DNA from: Octopus sinensis
Taxonomy: Eukaryota
DNA: 64,000 nucleotides
Reading direction: 5' to 3'
NCBI RefSeq assembly: GCF_006345805.1
Contig: NC_043020.1
Location: forward strand, 14,942,001-15,006,000
This document shows positions 50,196-63,174 of the stretch, piece by piece. The notes under the pieces are model-generated. The model had not been told where the DNA came from, did not search any database, and saw nothing but the letters and a program-made list of their open reading frames with translations. A program made the translations under genes and the position numbers. The first letter of the stretch is position 1. Each line of letters begins with the position of its first letter.

Positions 50196-52214
50196 GTGAG
50201 TTTTCTGTTTATTTGAACTCTTCTCAACACTGGTTCCTCTCTTCACTTAAATGCAATGTAAGATATTTCTTTGCTGTATTATGTTTTCGTTTTCATATCT
50301 GTTTGTGTTGTAGTTTTGATTATCCAACAGGCTGAAGGCTTTGATTTGTTTATTTTGGAATAAACTAGCTACAATTATTTTTTTAATCATCTGTACTTCT
50401 GTGGAAAATGTTCATGTTTGTTAACCTACACGAACATTGTTTTCTCAGTTGTAAAATTATGTGAATTCCAATTGTTTTGAATTGTATAACACTTTTCATA
50501 GTTGAATTCCTCATGTTTTGTGCAGTTGCTATATTTCTCCTGCTGTAATGGACTGTTTTATATTAGGAGGTTAAATTATTTTGACAGTTATTGAATTGGT
50601 GTCTAGACATTCTAAGATATCATTACTATTTTTCAAGGTTCAAATCTTGAATAAATTTCCAATTTAGCAAACTCAAATTATGGTCATTTCTCCTTGTTGT
50701 TTATTTGTTTTATTCATGTCTATCAAGTAACACTACATTACATTTAATACAATCTTGTTAATTTTTATCTTCATTAATGTTTTGTTAATTAAGTTTATAT
50801 GATATGTGAATATTGTGAAGATATATTACTCTCTCTTTGAATATGCATTAATCTAATTAACCACTAAATAACTATATGTAACATAAACTATATATTTCCC
50901 TTTGTGAACAAGACACACTCCCAGGCCAACATAAACTCTGTTCAAATGCTAGACATTACAGACTCTTATTGAAGAGTACATCACAAAACTTTAGTTCTCT
51001 GTTCAGAGCTTGAAACTATTTTTAGCTTTTAGCAGTTACCCCATACAACATACTCATATAAATGTATATTTTACATCATACATTTGGTTTCACACCTACC
51101 ACAGTGTACTTGACACATGTAGATGGATAGGCCACATGCATTTAACATGGCCCCCAATAAAAGATTATGTATTGGATAGGTAATACTTCACAACATTCTC
51201 CAATGAGTCCCCCATTTCTTTGTGCTCAAATGTCATATTTGTATGTTTTTTATTCTCTAAACTTAACTCTATACTACATTGTTCTAATGGCTCATCTTCA
51301 TTATCTCACCGCCTAGATCCACACTAAACATTTGTTTTAGTTCTCCTATAGAACCTAATCTTTGTTTTCACCTCTCTAAAACAATACAAATTAAATGTTA
51401 ACCCCATTAACTTTGCTCTGTTATTTCTGTCTCCCCAGTGTAGCGATTTGAATACATTTTGTTTGTTTGAATGAAGCAGGAAGGAAAATGATTACATAAA
51501 TCTGTTATTATATTTTAAAGTGTTTATGATATATCAATGTGGTTGGACAAGAAGAGCTTTGTTTTATTAGAAGGCCGACACAGTGTGAGCCATATATGGT
51601 GCTCTTCACTTTCATTTTAAGTTGCTTTTATTGTTGTTCTTTGTCTCACTGTATAGGTTTATGGATGTTGTTTATATATGTGCAGTGTGTACTGTTTTGA
51701 ATAGATATTAGTTGAGATCATGCAATGCAGGCATGTCTGGCATCGTGATGGATCTTTTTTAAGACTTGAATTATAATTCATTTTCTTACAAAACCTATGT
51801 ACGAATTCATTATATGTAATAATGTTTATGAAGCGTTATAGTTAAGAAATTGGATCTTCCGATGTTGAAATAGCTGAAAGATGGGAGCACAATTAAATTT
51901 TGGAAGGTAAAGTAGTTTAGTGTAATCATTGTTAAGCATAGTGTTAACATCTCTATGATGACATCAGTATTTTTTTCTTTTATTTCTGGCTTTAACAACT
52001 AATACTACCTTGTCTGTTTGAACCCTTGTAAATAGGCTCAATCCAAAGTGACTTTGTGGTAGAATGGGATTGGCATGTTTGGGATTTATTCTTTGAAGTG
52101 CATGTTGTTACATTTGAAAGGACAAAATTATTAATCCAGAAAACGGCAAATAACATGATCTGTCTGATTGATAATGGGTCTTAAGGAGGACCCCCCTAGA
52201 GTTGTATATTTTTG

Positions 52215-52443
52215 AAAGGCATGTGGTTTACTGATTAGGAGTATTTGGCCCATGATCGTAAGACACTTTATTTCATGTTCCTCCAGTCCACTCAGCTGGA
52301 AAAAAATGCATAGTACTTGTATTTCAAAGGGCCAGCCATGTCACACTCTGTGTTATACTGAATCTCCCTGAAAACTACATTAAGGGTACACATGTGTGAG
52401 GAGTGTCTAGCTACTTGCATGTTAATTTCATGCATAGACTGTT
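52215..52443 (+). mobile_element. SINE family C with an internal deletion of the B-box region
   Basis: The head joins directly to agacactttatttcatgttcctccagtccactcagctg, and the body is colinear with the 17800 copy. Confidence 0.75.
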
Positions 52444-53344
52444 CTGTTGGCTGGGTCAACTGGAACCCAACGAAGTGCCATATATGTGGCATCTTTCAGC
52501 CTGGCCCATCCATAGGCATGTTAACTTCTGTCCTTCTCTTTTCTATCCTCATAGCTGGTTCCTCTCATACCTCCACCACTTATCCGTTCACCACTTCATC
52601 CTCAATCCAGCACTGGCTGTTATTATGCCCAGTCCTTTCTCTCTAAAACACCAACTTTTTGGTATCATTTTCCTTCTCATGTCTTTATTGTAATTTTTGC
52701 TCTGCAACACTTTATACAGGATGTTAATGGCGTCAAATTCATTGGCCTTGCAAAGGTCATGAACAGTGCCCCTTCTTCTAAACTCATCAAATAAAAAAAG
52801 AAAAAATCTTACTATGATTTTGTATAAACTGTATCTAGTTAGTAAAGGTTTTATCTTTGCATGTTTTTGTCTGATAAAATTGACTTCACAGGAACAACAT
52901 TTCTCCCAAAAGAATATTTGAATATTAAGTATTTATTGTAGTGATCTAAGAAAAGAAACCAAGTTTGTCAGCTTTGATAAGGTTTTGGTAATGTTTAGAA
53001 TATGTAGCTAATTCGCGATTGGTTTATCACTGAATTATTGACTCTTAGTATTAACAAGTTCTAACTGCAGCTATAGTAGCATAAAAACAATATTTTAAAA
53101 TTGCTAAAATGTAAGTCTGTAAGTATATGGTGTATGTGCATGTGTGTTGATATTTAAGTTTTCGGTGGACATTAAATGATGATGATGATATCTGTTGTTG
53201 GGTGACAAAGGTTCTGTGTCTGGGATTGTAATCTTTCTTGTCCTCAAGAATACAAGTGAATGGTGTGTTGAAGTGCTGATAACTGGACTGCTTGAAACTC
53301 CCTCATGCCCAATTGCGTGTTAGTTTCTTCATCATACTTCAGTA

Positions 53345-53500
53345 GGCGTAGGAGTGGCTGTGTGGTAAGTAGCTTGCTTACCAACCACTTGTTCTGAGTT
53401 CAGTCCCACTGTGTGGCACCTTGGGCAAGTGTCTTCTACTATAGCCTCGGGCCAACCAGAGCCTTGTGAGTGGATTTGGTAGACAGAAACTGAAAGAAGA

Positions 53501-53537
<37 letters not shown>

Positions 53538-53742
53538 GTGTGTGTGTCTGTGTTTGTCCCCCCAACATCGCTTGACAGCCGATGCTGGTATGTTTATGTC
53601 CCCGTAACTTAGCAGTTCAGCAGAAGAAACCGATAGAATAAGTACTAGGCTTACAAAGAATAAGTCCTGTAGTCGATTTGCTTGACTAAAGGCGGTGCTC
53701 CAGCATGGCCACAGTCAAATGACTGAAACAAGTAAAAGAGTA
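53345..53742 (+). mobile_element. SINE family B, full length
   Basis: ggcgtaggagtggctgtgtgg ... gactgaaacaagtaaaagagta. Confidence 0.92.
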
Positions 53743-54535
53743 TACCGGTTGTGTATAATATAGAAGTTTTCCTGTAGGCTTTTCACAGCATCAGAATTCG
53801 TTATTTCATTTGGAATTTTAGTATTTAGCCTCATAGCTAGTTAAGGTGCCTACTGCAATAGAGCTAAAGATGTGTGACTTTGTGTGTACATAGACCTGCA
53901 CACATATTAATGGTTTTAATATTTTTGTAATGAGTGTTACAGACATACACATAGTTATGTTTTGTGTTGCTTTTACAACTGTTTTCCCTTGCTAGCATGA
54001 ATGAAACCTATTATTGAGACATTGTTTTACAGCCAGATGCCCTTCCTGTCACTCACCCATACCTGCTTATATTTGCTCTTATAGTGTAAGATAGTCCTAG
54101 ATTTCACTATACAACACACCTTATTAGCTTTTCACTTTCACCCTTCCCTTCTCCCGTTAACTGTCACATTCCCTCTTACAACTATAGTTCTGTTCTTCTC
54201 ATCTTACTTTACAGTTGTTCATGACCTTGTTCCAAATCCTTACATCCCCTCTTGCATTTCAGGGATTCTTCATTCGAAGTCCCTGGTTCAAAACACGAAC
54301 ACAATTGTATATGGATTGCACACACAAACACACACACACACTTTATGAACTAACATGAAATGCATGCCCACTTCACAAGTGCAAGTTTATCTGCATATAT
54401 GCACCACACATTAATCAATTTAGATAATCTCACACTTCAAGAACTATCTTGGCTTAAACTAAGAAACCATACCACTTTCTTAATGAATGACATGAATTCT
54501 GCAAAGCGGGGGAAAAAAGCACATATATTCCCACA

Positions 54536-54795
54536 CCACCACCATCATCATCATCATCTATCCAGTTTTCTTGCTGTCATGGGTTCAACGGCTTGCTACG
54601 GTTGAAGCCAACAAACCTTTATTGTACTGATCATTGGAAGTTTACATCTTATTCATGGATTTCGTTTTTGCTTTGGTTTCTAAGGCTGGATGCCACTTTA
54701 AAGATTGTATTGGGTGCTTTGTCATGGTATCAGCATGATAGAGGTAACCATGTCCATGACATAACTAAATGAACCCCTTGACCCCACATCTGCTT
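54536..54795 (-). mobile_element. Family D repeat, old copy
   Basis: (CAT)n tail, tttctaaggctggatgcc and gggtgctttgtcatgg. Confidence 0.55.
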
Positions 54796-54900
54796 GCTTA
54801 TGAGTCCTCTTTACAGGGTAAGCAGCATGAAGGATAGTGATAAGTCATAAGAGAGACCAATGTAAGCATGTACAATTGGAGTAATGTGAACAAGAGAATA

Positions 54901-55131
54901 GAGTGATAGCTGGCAGAAATGTTAGCACGCCGGACGAAATTCTTAGCGGTATTTCGTCTGCCGCTACGTTCTGAGTTCAAATTCCGCCGAGGTCGACTTT
55001 GCCTTTCATCCTTTCAGGGTCACTTAAATAAGTACCAGTTATGCACTGGGGTCGATATGATCGACTTAATCCCTTTGTCTATCCTTGTTTGTCCTCTCTG
55101 TGTTTAGCCCTTCGTGGGTAATAAAGAAATA
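54901..55131 (+). mobile_element. SINE family A, young copy
   Basis: Near-identical to the 34808 copy. Confidence 0.92.
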
Positions 55132-55416
55132 GGTATTGTGACCTAACAGATTAGGGGACAACAGATGGAAAGCCAGGATGTGTGGTTGAAAAGGAGCAAG
55201 AGTGTAACGACAGGTTGAGTGAACGGGGAGCTGACTGGCACTACAGGAGTGGAGGATGAGAGTAAAGTGTATTGAGTACAAGACATTCAACCGACCATAC
55301 ATACTTTTGTACATACATCCATCCTGCATAAATACATAGTTTGTATATATAACTTTCTGAATAGCTATATAGTTATTGTGAGTCTTATGCACTGCAATGT
55401 GTGTGTGAGTATGCAT

Positions 55417-55447
<31 letters not shown>

Positions 55448-55649
55448 TACTGAGCTTCTTTCATCATGATCATGTCAAACATTCAGCTACTGTTTATAAA
55501 GGAGACATGTCTGTGCCTGTCAAGCCTTCACCTTCTCATCTTCCTGTCACCTATCACTTTTCTAACTATGGTATTATTCAGCTGCTGTAATTATGAGAGC
55601 AGAGTTGCATATATAATATTGTTTTTGTGCTACTAGTCATTCCTCTCCT

Positions 55650-56135
55650 TGGAACTTAGCAAAGGCCACGGTTCTGGTAGTTAACTTAGCAAAGGCCACG
55701 GTTCTGGTAGTTAACTTAGCAAATACCAAGGTTCTTGTAAGCAAGAAATTGGACAGAACCCTTCAGGTAAATAGCCCTGCTCGATATGTAGGAAGGTTAT
55801 AGGCAGAAATTCCATTGGGTGTACCCAGTACAAGCTATGGACACGTGAGGTGCAGTGGAATAGTAGGAAGATTAATGAAGAAAGTAGTGTTTTTATGTGG
55901 AAGATGTACGGGAGCCATAAAAACCATAGATACACAGTGGTACTAATTTCTGCTACCTAGGTAACCTACTTAGCAGTGAGGTTATACAGAAAGTGTAATT
56001 GCTAGAATAAAAATAGGATGGCATTAGGAAGGTGATCCAGCTGTAGAAACCAAGTCAAAAAAGACTATGGAACCTGATGTGGTGCCTGGCCAACCCATGC
56101 CAGTATGGAAAACGGACATTAAATGATAATGATGA
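55650..56135 (+). mobile_element. RTE fragment joined to a family D tail, with a 30-bp tandem duplication at the 5' end
   Basis: NLANTKVLVSKK...Cys-rich remnant as in the 60765 element. aacttagcaaaggccacggttctggtagtt occurs twice. D tail at 56015-56135. Confidence 0.6.
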
Positions 56136-56149
56136 CATCTTATCTTCCA

Positions 56150-56500
56150 GGGAGAGTTGTGGGAGTACAGTCCTCACCTCCTCCATAGTTTCCTATCAAA
56201 AGCAACCATCATTACACTTCCTGAATGAATTCTTAAACATGACCAGCTGAGACTATAGATATCCTCCAACCATCTTGTTCTTAGTCTACCCCTAGGGTCC
56301 CAGCTGGTTGGCTCAGCTTGAAACTGTCTTGCAGTTCTTCCCTTTGGCATTCTAATCATATGTTTGTAGTACTGGAGCTGTGGCCTCTCAATACAGAAGT
56401 ATCAGCTCAAAATGGAGAGACCTCTTAATCTCTGATCTATGCATCCTGTCTAATGACGTTATTCCAGAGACCCTTCAAAGTAGCCCCATTCTAGATCCTT
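56150..56500 (-). mobile_element. Rex3-like RTE LINE 3' remnant
   Basis: RMPKGRTARQ...PRGRLRTRWLEDIYSLSWSCLRI...VAFDRKLWR resembles GRPRTRW.D....LAWERLG. Confidence 0.65.
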
Positions 56501-56704
56501 CCATTCACAATCATACTCTTTCAGTCATTAGGTGAGGAGCGGCACAAAAACCAAATTGAAGATAGCAGGTTTGCCTTTTTTTTTTAATATACTAACCTTT
56601 CCTTTTCAGAGTATTGAATGTTTCACTAGTTATTCAAGCATCTGAAAAAGTTTTATTGGCAATAAAGATTTGTTCTTTCTCTCTCTCTCTCTCTCTTATT
56701 TCAG

Positions 56705-56970
56705 TGGTCGACGTTCCTCGGCTGTAACAAAACGGCAAGGCTTAGGCAGTCACACTAGTGGAAGCAGTGCTGGAGGGACGTCGAGACCGCTTGCCAACAG
56801 CCCAATGTCTCAGGGTCAGAATACAGAAAATACTGGCTCAAGTGGAGGATCCACTGTAGGAGAAAATGCAGGTGGTTGTGGTGGTGGTGGAGGAGGAGGA
56901 GGTGGTAGTGGAGCAGGTGCTACAGCAGGAAACAGAAATGGTGAGGAGTCAGTACAGTTTTCAAGTACAG
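56705..56970 (+). CDS. TRIP12: TRIP12 exon (GRRSSAVTKRQG...poly-Gly...QFSST); alternative in-frame donor after 56940
   Basis: Long (CT)n pyrimidine tract and tttcAG acceptor, phase 2 in and phase 1 out (CAG|GTATAT). Open frame, analogous to TRIP12 SRRGSGLGKR. Confidence 0.88.
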
Positions 56971-57087
56971 GTATATCATTATTTTTTAGTCTTTTTTTAA
57001 AATTTTAATTTGCAACTAATGGTCATTGGTTTTTGTAAGTGGCTAGGAATTGAACATTGAATGGTTTTGAGGGTCTACTCGAGTAAA

Positions 57088-57121
<34 letters not shown>

Positions 57122-57352
57122 TTTTTTTAAATGACTTGCTTCGAGATTTGCTTTCGGTATGATGTTTATTTTAGTAGTTTTGACTTTGAAAGTCCCTCCT
57201 AGCGTGAGGCATTTATGTGTAATAATGCCCTGTATAAAATAAAAATTAATACATTTAATAGAAAAAAATTGATGGTTTTTTTTTTCTTATGAGGTTTTTC
57301 ACGCTAACTACTTGATAAATTCTTATAAAGATTTTATCCTATTTTTAAATAA

Positions 57353-57387
<35 letters not shown>

Positions 57388-58317
57388 GGTGTGTGGGTGT
57401 ATGAGTGCATGTATAAACGCACATGCACATACTGATGGACAAATTTCACTCACATGGTATTTGTTGCCTTGAGGCTATTCATTATGCAGAACATGAGCCC
57501 AAGTTCCCATACTAGAATTGAATCCAAAATCACATGGTTGCAAAGCAGAATTCTTATAAGTATAACCATGCTGCTGCATGTGCACATGCACTCACACACA
57601 CACACACACACACAGGGTTTTATAGTTATGAATCTATAATCTACCTTCAGATGTTTACAAACTTTTGCAGGTTGGCGCTAGGCCACCCTGACAAGCAGCT
57701 GTGCCCAAAGTCATTCTGGCCTTTTTTGTTTTCATGCATTGTGTATCTGAGACTGGTATCAATTCTGTTGTGGCATGATGCCAGATATCTCGGTCCTTTA
57801 TCATCTCCTTTGTATGGCTCAGTGTCTTGAGATCGACATTCAATACTTCGTTAGTAATTGGCTATTGTAATTAGCTGTTTGTATTTTGGCAATAAAAGGT
57901 ATTGTTTTTAAAGCAGAAAGCATCTGTAGTTAATTATTACCTGGAGTGGGGTTCAAACAATTGTAATTTTATATTACTTTGGGAATGATTTTTTTTCCCT
58001 CCCCCATTTCATTTCGTTTCTAAAGAGTATAATATAAACATAAGTTATGTATATAATTAGCTTAAAATTACTTTTTCATGCTTTTTAATCAAGTTATCAC
58101 ATAATTTTGCTGCTTTTTGAATAGTTTAAAAGTGTGTTGCACCAAATTTGGAATGGAATTTCCAAAGAATTAGATATGTCTGAATGCAGCTAGATGGTGC
58201 TATAGACAAACTGTTCTTTCATCTATCACTTCTCCTGAAATAAATTTTCGAGCCACCCCCCCCCCCTCCAACGGAGAGTTTTATACCAATGCTGCAACTG
58301 TTTATATTTATTTCCAG

Positions 58318-58392
58318 CATCAAGTTCTGCCGGAGCCACTGCAATGACTTCTGAGAGTGAATCTGAAGAATCTGATATGGGCAGATTACAAG
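58318..58392 (+). CDS. TRIP12: TRIP12 exon (ASSSAGATAMTSESESEESDMGRLQ)
   Basis: Acceptor atttatttccAG, donor AAG|GTAAAC, 75 nt, phase 1-1. Matches MTTSGESESDDSEMGRLQ. Confidence 0.95.
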
Positions 58393-60764
58393 GTAAACAT
58401 AATATTCCTTGCTACTAATCCAAATATTATTGCTAACAAGCATATTCAGAATAATAATGGTTTTGTGTTTCCTGTCAAAAAACATGACAGTTTACTGTAG
58501 ATATTTAATATAATTTTTTATGCTTTAGTGTGAATGAGGATCACTGAATGTGAGTGAGTTCATCAGATCCTGTCGAACTGTTCAAGTTTTGTCAACATGG
58601 AAGATGGCTGTTAATGATGACGTCCCTCATCAGTGACTTATACACTCAACAATGCTTCTGTGCTATTATACTTTTCCTGCATATGTACACAATTAAAACA
58701 CAGGACCAATAGAATATTTGTCATTCAATAAACACCCCAATGCTGCTAGAGAAGAAAACTAAAAATTTACATTATTGCTAGTCAAAGAAACAGTATTGAA
58801 AATATTGGGAGATGGAATGAGACTAAAAAAGTGAGGATTTTGATTTGAAATATAAGCTGAGATATTGTTTCATGGCTATATAAAAACCATTTTAAATTAG
58901 GAAATGAGAATAAAACTTTCGTTGGTGATGTTTATATAAACTGAGAGCAATTCATTTCTTATCTAATCTTATATCTAATGAAGAAAAAAACGCAGGCACT
59001 TCAGACCCCTGAGAAACATTTATATGCATGATCTCGCTCTCACATACACACACTTCGTAAGGAAGTCAAGTCAATTAATTCATGTAAAAAAAATGTAATA
59101 ATAACCAGATGGAAAAGATAGGTTGTATGAGTGAATTTATTTGTGTTATGGGATGTTAACAAAGCTTGATTGAATTTGCTGCTGAACTGATGTTGTAAAT
59201 CCTAAAAAAAAAAAAAAATCATGTCCTATGGGCCTATTGTTGCTGCAATCCAGATGAATTACAAAGTAAATTACACAGACACTGACTTTGTGTTTTATGG
59301 CAATGTATTCAATCAAATTTTAAATGTAATGTTGAGAATGTTGTTTGATAAAGAAGAGGTGAGGAAAAAAATACAGAAAAATGTCACAGCAGGTGGGGAG
59401 TGAAGTGAAATATTGTCAACCTGACGACCCAACCATTAAAGCAACACCGATGATGGTGGTTGTCATGTTAATACAACGTTATTGCTGCCAAGGACCATTA
59501 AAATATGAAGTGATTTGGACAGTTTCTTAAATTGATCTTTGAAGTGACTGTGGTCATTACCTTAAGACTGATTATCCTGAGCCAATCTGTTTATCTTCAG
59601 TTTTCACATTGTAGTCACTACTCAAACCTTCAATCTTAAAAATGTCAGCATGTTTTATTTCATTTTAAAAATATTTTGTTTTTCTCATATTTTATGGGTA
59701 GACAGTGAAAGTGGTGACCAATTTTCGTGGATTCGGCTTGTCTAATAAACTTCTTTAACACTGCTTAATTAGTTTTAATGGGACAAAGAATTGATCAATA
59801 GTGTGTTCTCACTCAAGGATTGCTGCAGGGAGAAAAATACATGAAAAAAATCTGTGTTCTGTCTCAGATTTGTGTAATTCTCAAAAGTTTGGTGAAATTT
59901 ATGACAAAACATTAATCACTGTTTTTGTATATATTATTTTTTTTCTTTTACCCTTTCAGTTGCATCCAAGATACTCAATGTCTGTGTCGTCTATAGTAAA
60001 ACCAAATAATTTTCTGAGTATTTTTGATAAGTGTAAAGGAAAATGTTTGAATTAAGTCTTTGGGACTAATTAATAATGGTTTGTTAAAATATTATAGACA
60101 GTGTTGATTCTGAAGCACCATACATCACCTGGTTCACTTGAAAATATATAGAACAAGCAATATATGATTTCAAAAAACAATATTGAATTATGATTAAAAG
60201 TTAAAAGTGCAAAACTCTCAGCACTCTTATTCTTTCCCCTTGATCTCTATATATCCAAATACTCATTCGTTAGCAGTTATTCTACTTGTTAAATCAAGCT
60301 TACTTTCATCAGTTGTATTACTTGATAGTTAATTGTTAAAATATTGGGAACTTGATCTTGGAATAATCACTTAAAAACATTAACTGTTCTTCTCTTTAAA
60401 TCCTTTTCCTATTACTATATATAGTTTCTGTTTTAATAGTTAAATTTCATTCTGAAATAGATTCTTAAAAAAGAAAATTACTTAATGCCCATAAGTTTGT
60501 TTTTGTATCCCTTTATAGAAAAGAGACATGAATTTTGTCTGAATGAAATGGTTTTCTTTCTTTCTGTTTTTATTGTTTGACATCAGTCAACTTTGACTGA
60601 GAGGAACTATGACCAAAAGCATTTCGTTCAGGACTATTCTGTTTTATTGAGATGTATTTGGAAAACTTCCTTTTTTCCCTTTTTTCAAAACTGGATATTA
60701 TCTGAGGGCAATTTGGCTGCTATATCTCACAGGTCTACTTACTATCATTTAATCATCTATTGAA

Positions 60765-62570
60765 ATTAAGGCAACTTCAAGGGAAGAATTTAACCAAAAG
60801 TACACCACTTGGCATTTGTCAAGCTATAGAAAGCCTCTGACAGGGTCCCTCACTCCCTGATCTGCAGAAGCTAGGATTAGATGAATGACCTGTGAAAGCC
60901 ATCCAAGTCAGAGTTAATGAATACTACAAAGAATTGAATGTGCAAGTAGGAATTCACCTCAGTTTGGTTATAATTTCTCTTGTATTTATCATTGTCCTCT
61001 TGACCATAACAGAGGAGTTTAAGACCAATTGCTCATGGGAACTCCTTTGTGCTGATGACCTTGTTCTTGTAGCTGAAACTGTAAAAGAATTAGTGAAATG
61101 CTAGGCATAGAAGCAAAACCTACAATCAAAAGGCCTTAAAATTAGCAAAGACATAAAATCTAGTAAGAAAACAGGTGAATGACTCTGTTGTATATATAGA
61201 AAAAGTATTTGTTGAAATTTCATCTGATGTGTGAAGTATGAGCATATGAGTTGCAGTGGAATCACAGGATGGCTAACAGAAAATAGACTTTCTTGAGATG
61301 TGCAGGAGCAATAGACAGTATGAGAAAGGGAAATAGATGTCCTGGAATGCCCAGGAGAATCCTTAGAGGTAGTTGATAGATTTCATTACCTTGGAGACCA
61401 AATTAGCAGTATAGGGGAATGTCATAAAAGTATAGTTGCTTGAATAAGAACCAGCTGGAGAAAGTCCAGAATGCTATTACTTCTGTTGGTAACAAAAAGG
61501 TTTCTCTCTTTCAGAGTGAAAGGCAAATTATATGTACAAACAACAATGCTACATGCTTGTGAAACTAGGGCTGTGAAAGAAATGAAACTCCACTGGATGT
61601 GTATGTAGCCTCAGTGTGCATGTACAACAAAGTGTAAATGTGTTGAGAGGAAAATTGGGTATAAGAGGCATCAGATGTAGTGTGCAAGAGAGAAGGTTGC
61701 GATGGTATGGATGCAGGTGGATGGGAACAGCTGCTTGAAGAAGTGCTGATTGCTAAAGATGGATAGAACCTGTGGAAGAGGGCATCTCAAGATGTGGGAT
61801 GAAGTTAAGACCAACTTCAAGCTGTTGAGCCTTATGGAGATGTCAAAAAAAAAAACTAAGATGATTGGGGATGTGCTGTACTTAAGACCTGTCCATCTCA
61901 GCAAAAATGAGCTCCTTTCCCCCCACAATTCATCTTCAATTTCATCACTCTTCCAACTGTAACACTACTAATGCAAGTGCTATAAATTATAGCATTTATC
62001 TGCCTTACACTTCACATTGGGATCTCTGTCAACTCCTCCTCTTCCCTCATCCTCTCCTATTTCGTTCACTTTCTCTCCTGACATTCACTATTGGCCTTGC
62101 CTCTGCTGTGTGTTCCATCCACTGCACCCATTTGAACCCCCTGCTCTAACCACCTCTCACACTCCTTTCACACTCTTGCTATTTACCTACCCACTCACCC
62201 TTTCTATCCCCCTATCCCTGTTCTCTCTCACATTCACCTTGTACCTTGAGGGTATGCCCTTACCATCTCTGTCTGTCTCTCTCCAGCTAGGCAAGCCATG
62301 TATCTCCTCTTCAGTAAAACATCTGTTCCTTTCTATCATACATTCACTTCCTTCAACCCACATGCCTGAGGGGTGTTGTCTTGTGAGTTAGTTGGTGACT
62401 TCACTTGTACCAGTTGCCACTCTGTAAAGTGGTTGGCATTAAGAAGGGTGTTAGTTGTCAACTTTGGCATGGTCTCTACAGGTGGAGCTCAGTGCAGTCT
62501 TCTGGCTTGTCAGTTCCTGTCAAACCATCCAACCCATTCCAACATGGAAAACAGGCATTAAAAGACGAAT
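60765..62570 (+). mobile_element. 5'-truncated RTE-clade LINE: RT remnant, pyrimidine-rich 3' UTR and family D terminus
   Basis: VQVGIH...ITEEFKTNCSWELLCADDLVLVAE, RFHYLGDQIS and GRGHLKMWDEV, then a D-type end at 62400-62570. Confidence 0.8.
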
Positions 62571-63078
62571 ATGTATTGAAGTTATTCTTCCATTTTAGCT
62601 TCAATTTCTTTTGTGCAATTATTTAATTTTGTGGTGTGTTAAAGGTGGCAAATAGCAATCGTTTAGCATCTCTTTTGTTCAAATGGCATTTTGTACTTTA
62701 GCTTTTCAGTGACTTTATTTTTTGTTTTGTTTTATTTGTATGTTTTATTTATTTGCTTTTCAACAATATTCTCTCAATAACCAATCATTTCAACCAATAT
62801 TATGTAAAATATCCACTTGCAGTATTTGAGTTGTACATGTTTTCCTCCATGTGGGATTTATCATTTTTAGTTAACACAGCCGTGTTAACTCTTTGCTATA
62901 TATATTAACAATGCTACTTCATATCAACATACTGATTCATTATGTATTTCTAATGTTTTCATGCATTTTTTTTTTTTTTTGTATTGGGTTAATCCAAAAT
63001 CATTTGGAACTGTAAAAACGAAAAAAGCTCTTTGTTTTTATTTCTCATGTTTTTACGAATCTTTATTTTTATTTGCAG

Positions 63079-63174
63079 CATTGTTAGAAGCGCGTGGCTT
63101 ACCATCCCATCTCTTTGGAGCCCTTGGTCCACGCATGCATCAACTTCTGCACAGAACAATGGCGGGGGGCACCA
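63079..63174 (+). CDS. TRIP12: TRIP12 exon ([32 protein letters not shown])
   Basis: Acceptor tttatttttatttgcAG, donor CCA|GTAAGT, 96 nt, phase 1-1. Closely matches the conserved TRIP12 motif upstream of the ARM repeats. Confidence 0.96.

Larger units (their letters stand above)
36424..63174 (+). other. TRIP12: TRIP12 coding span in this window (5 exons, about 440 codons; gene continues past the window end)
   Basis: Exon phases chain 2-2-1-1 with GT/AG ends and no stop in the joined frame (1321 nt). The translation matches recalled TRIP12 motifs: [43 protein letters not shown]. Confidence 0.93.
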
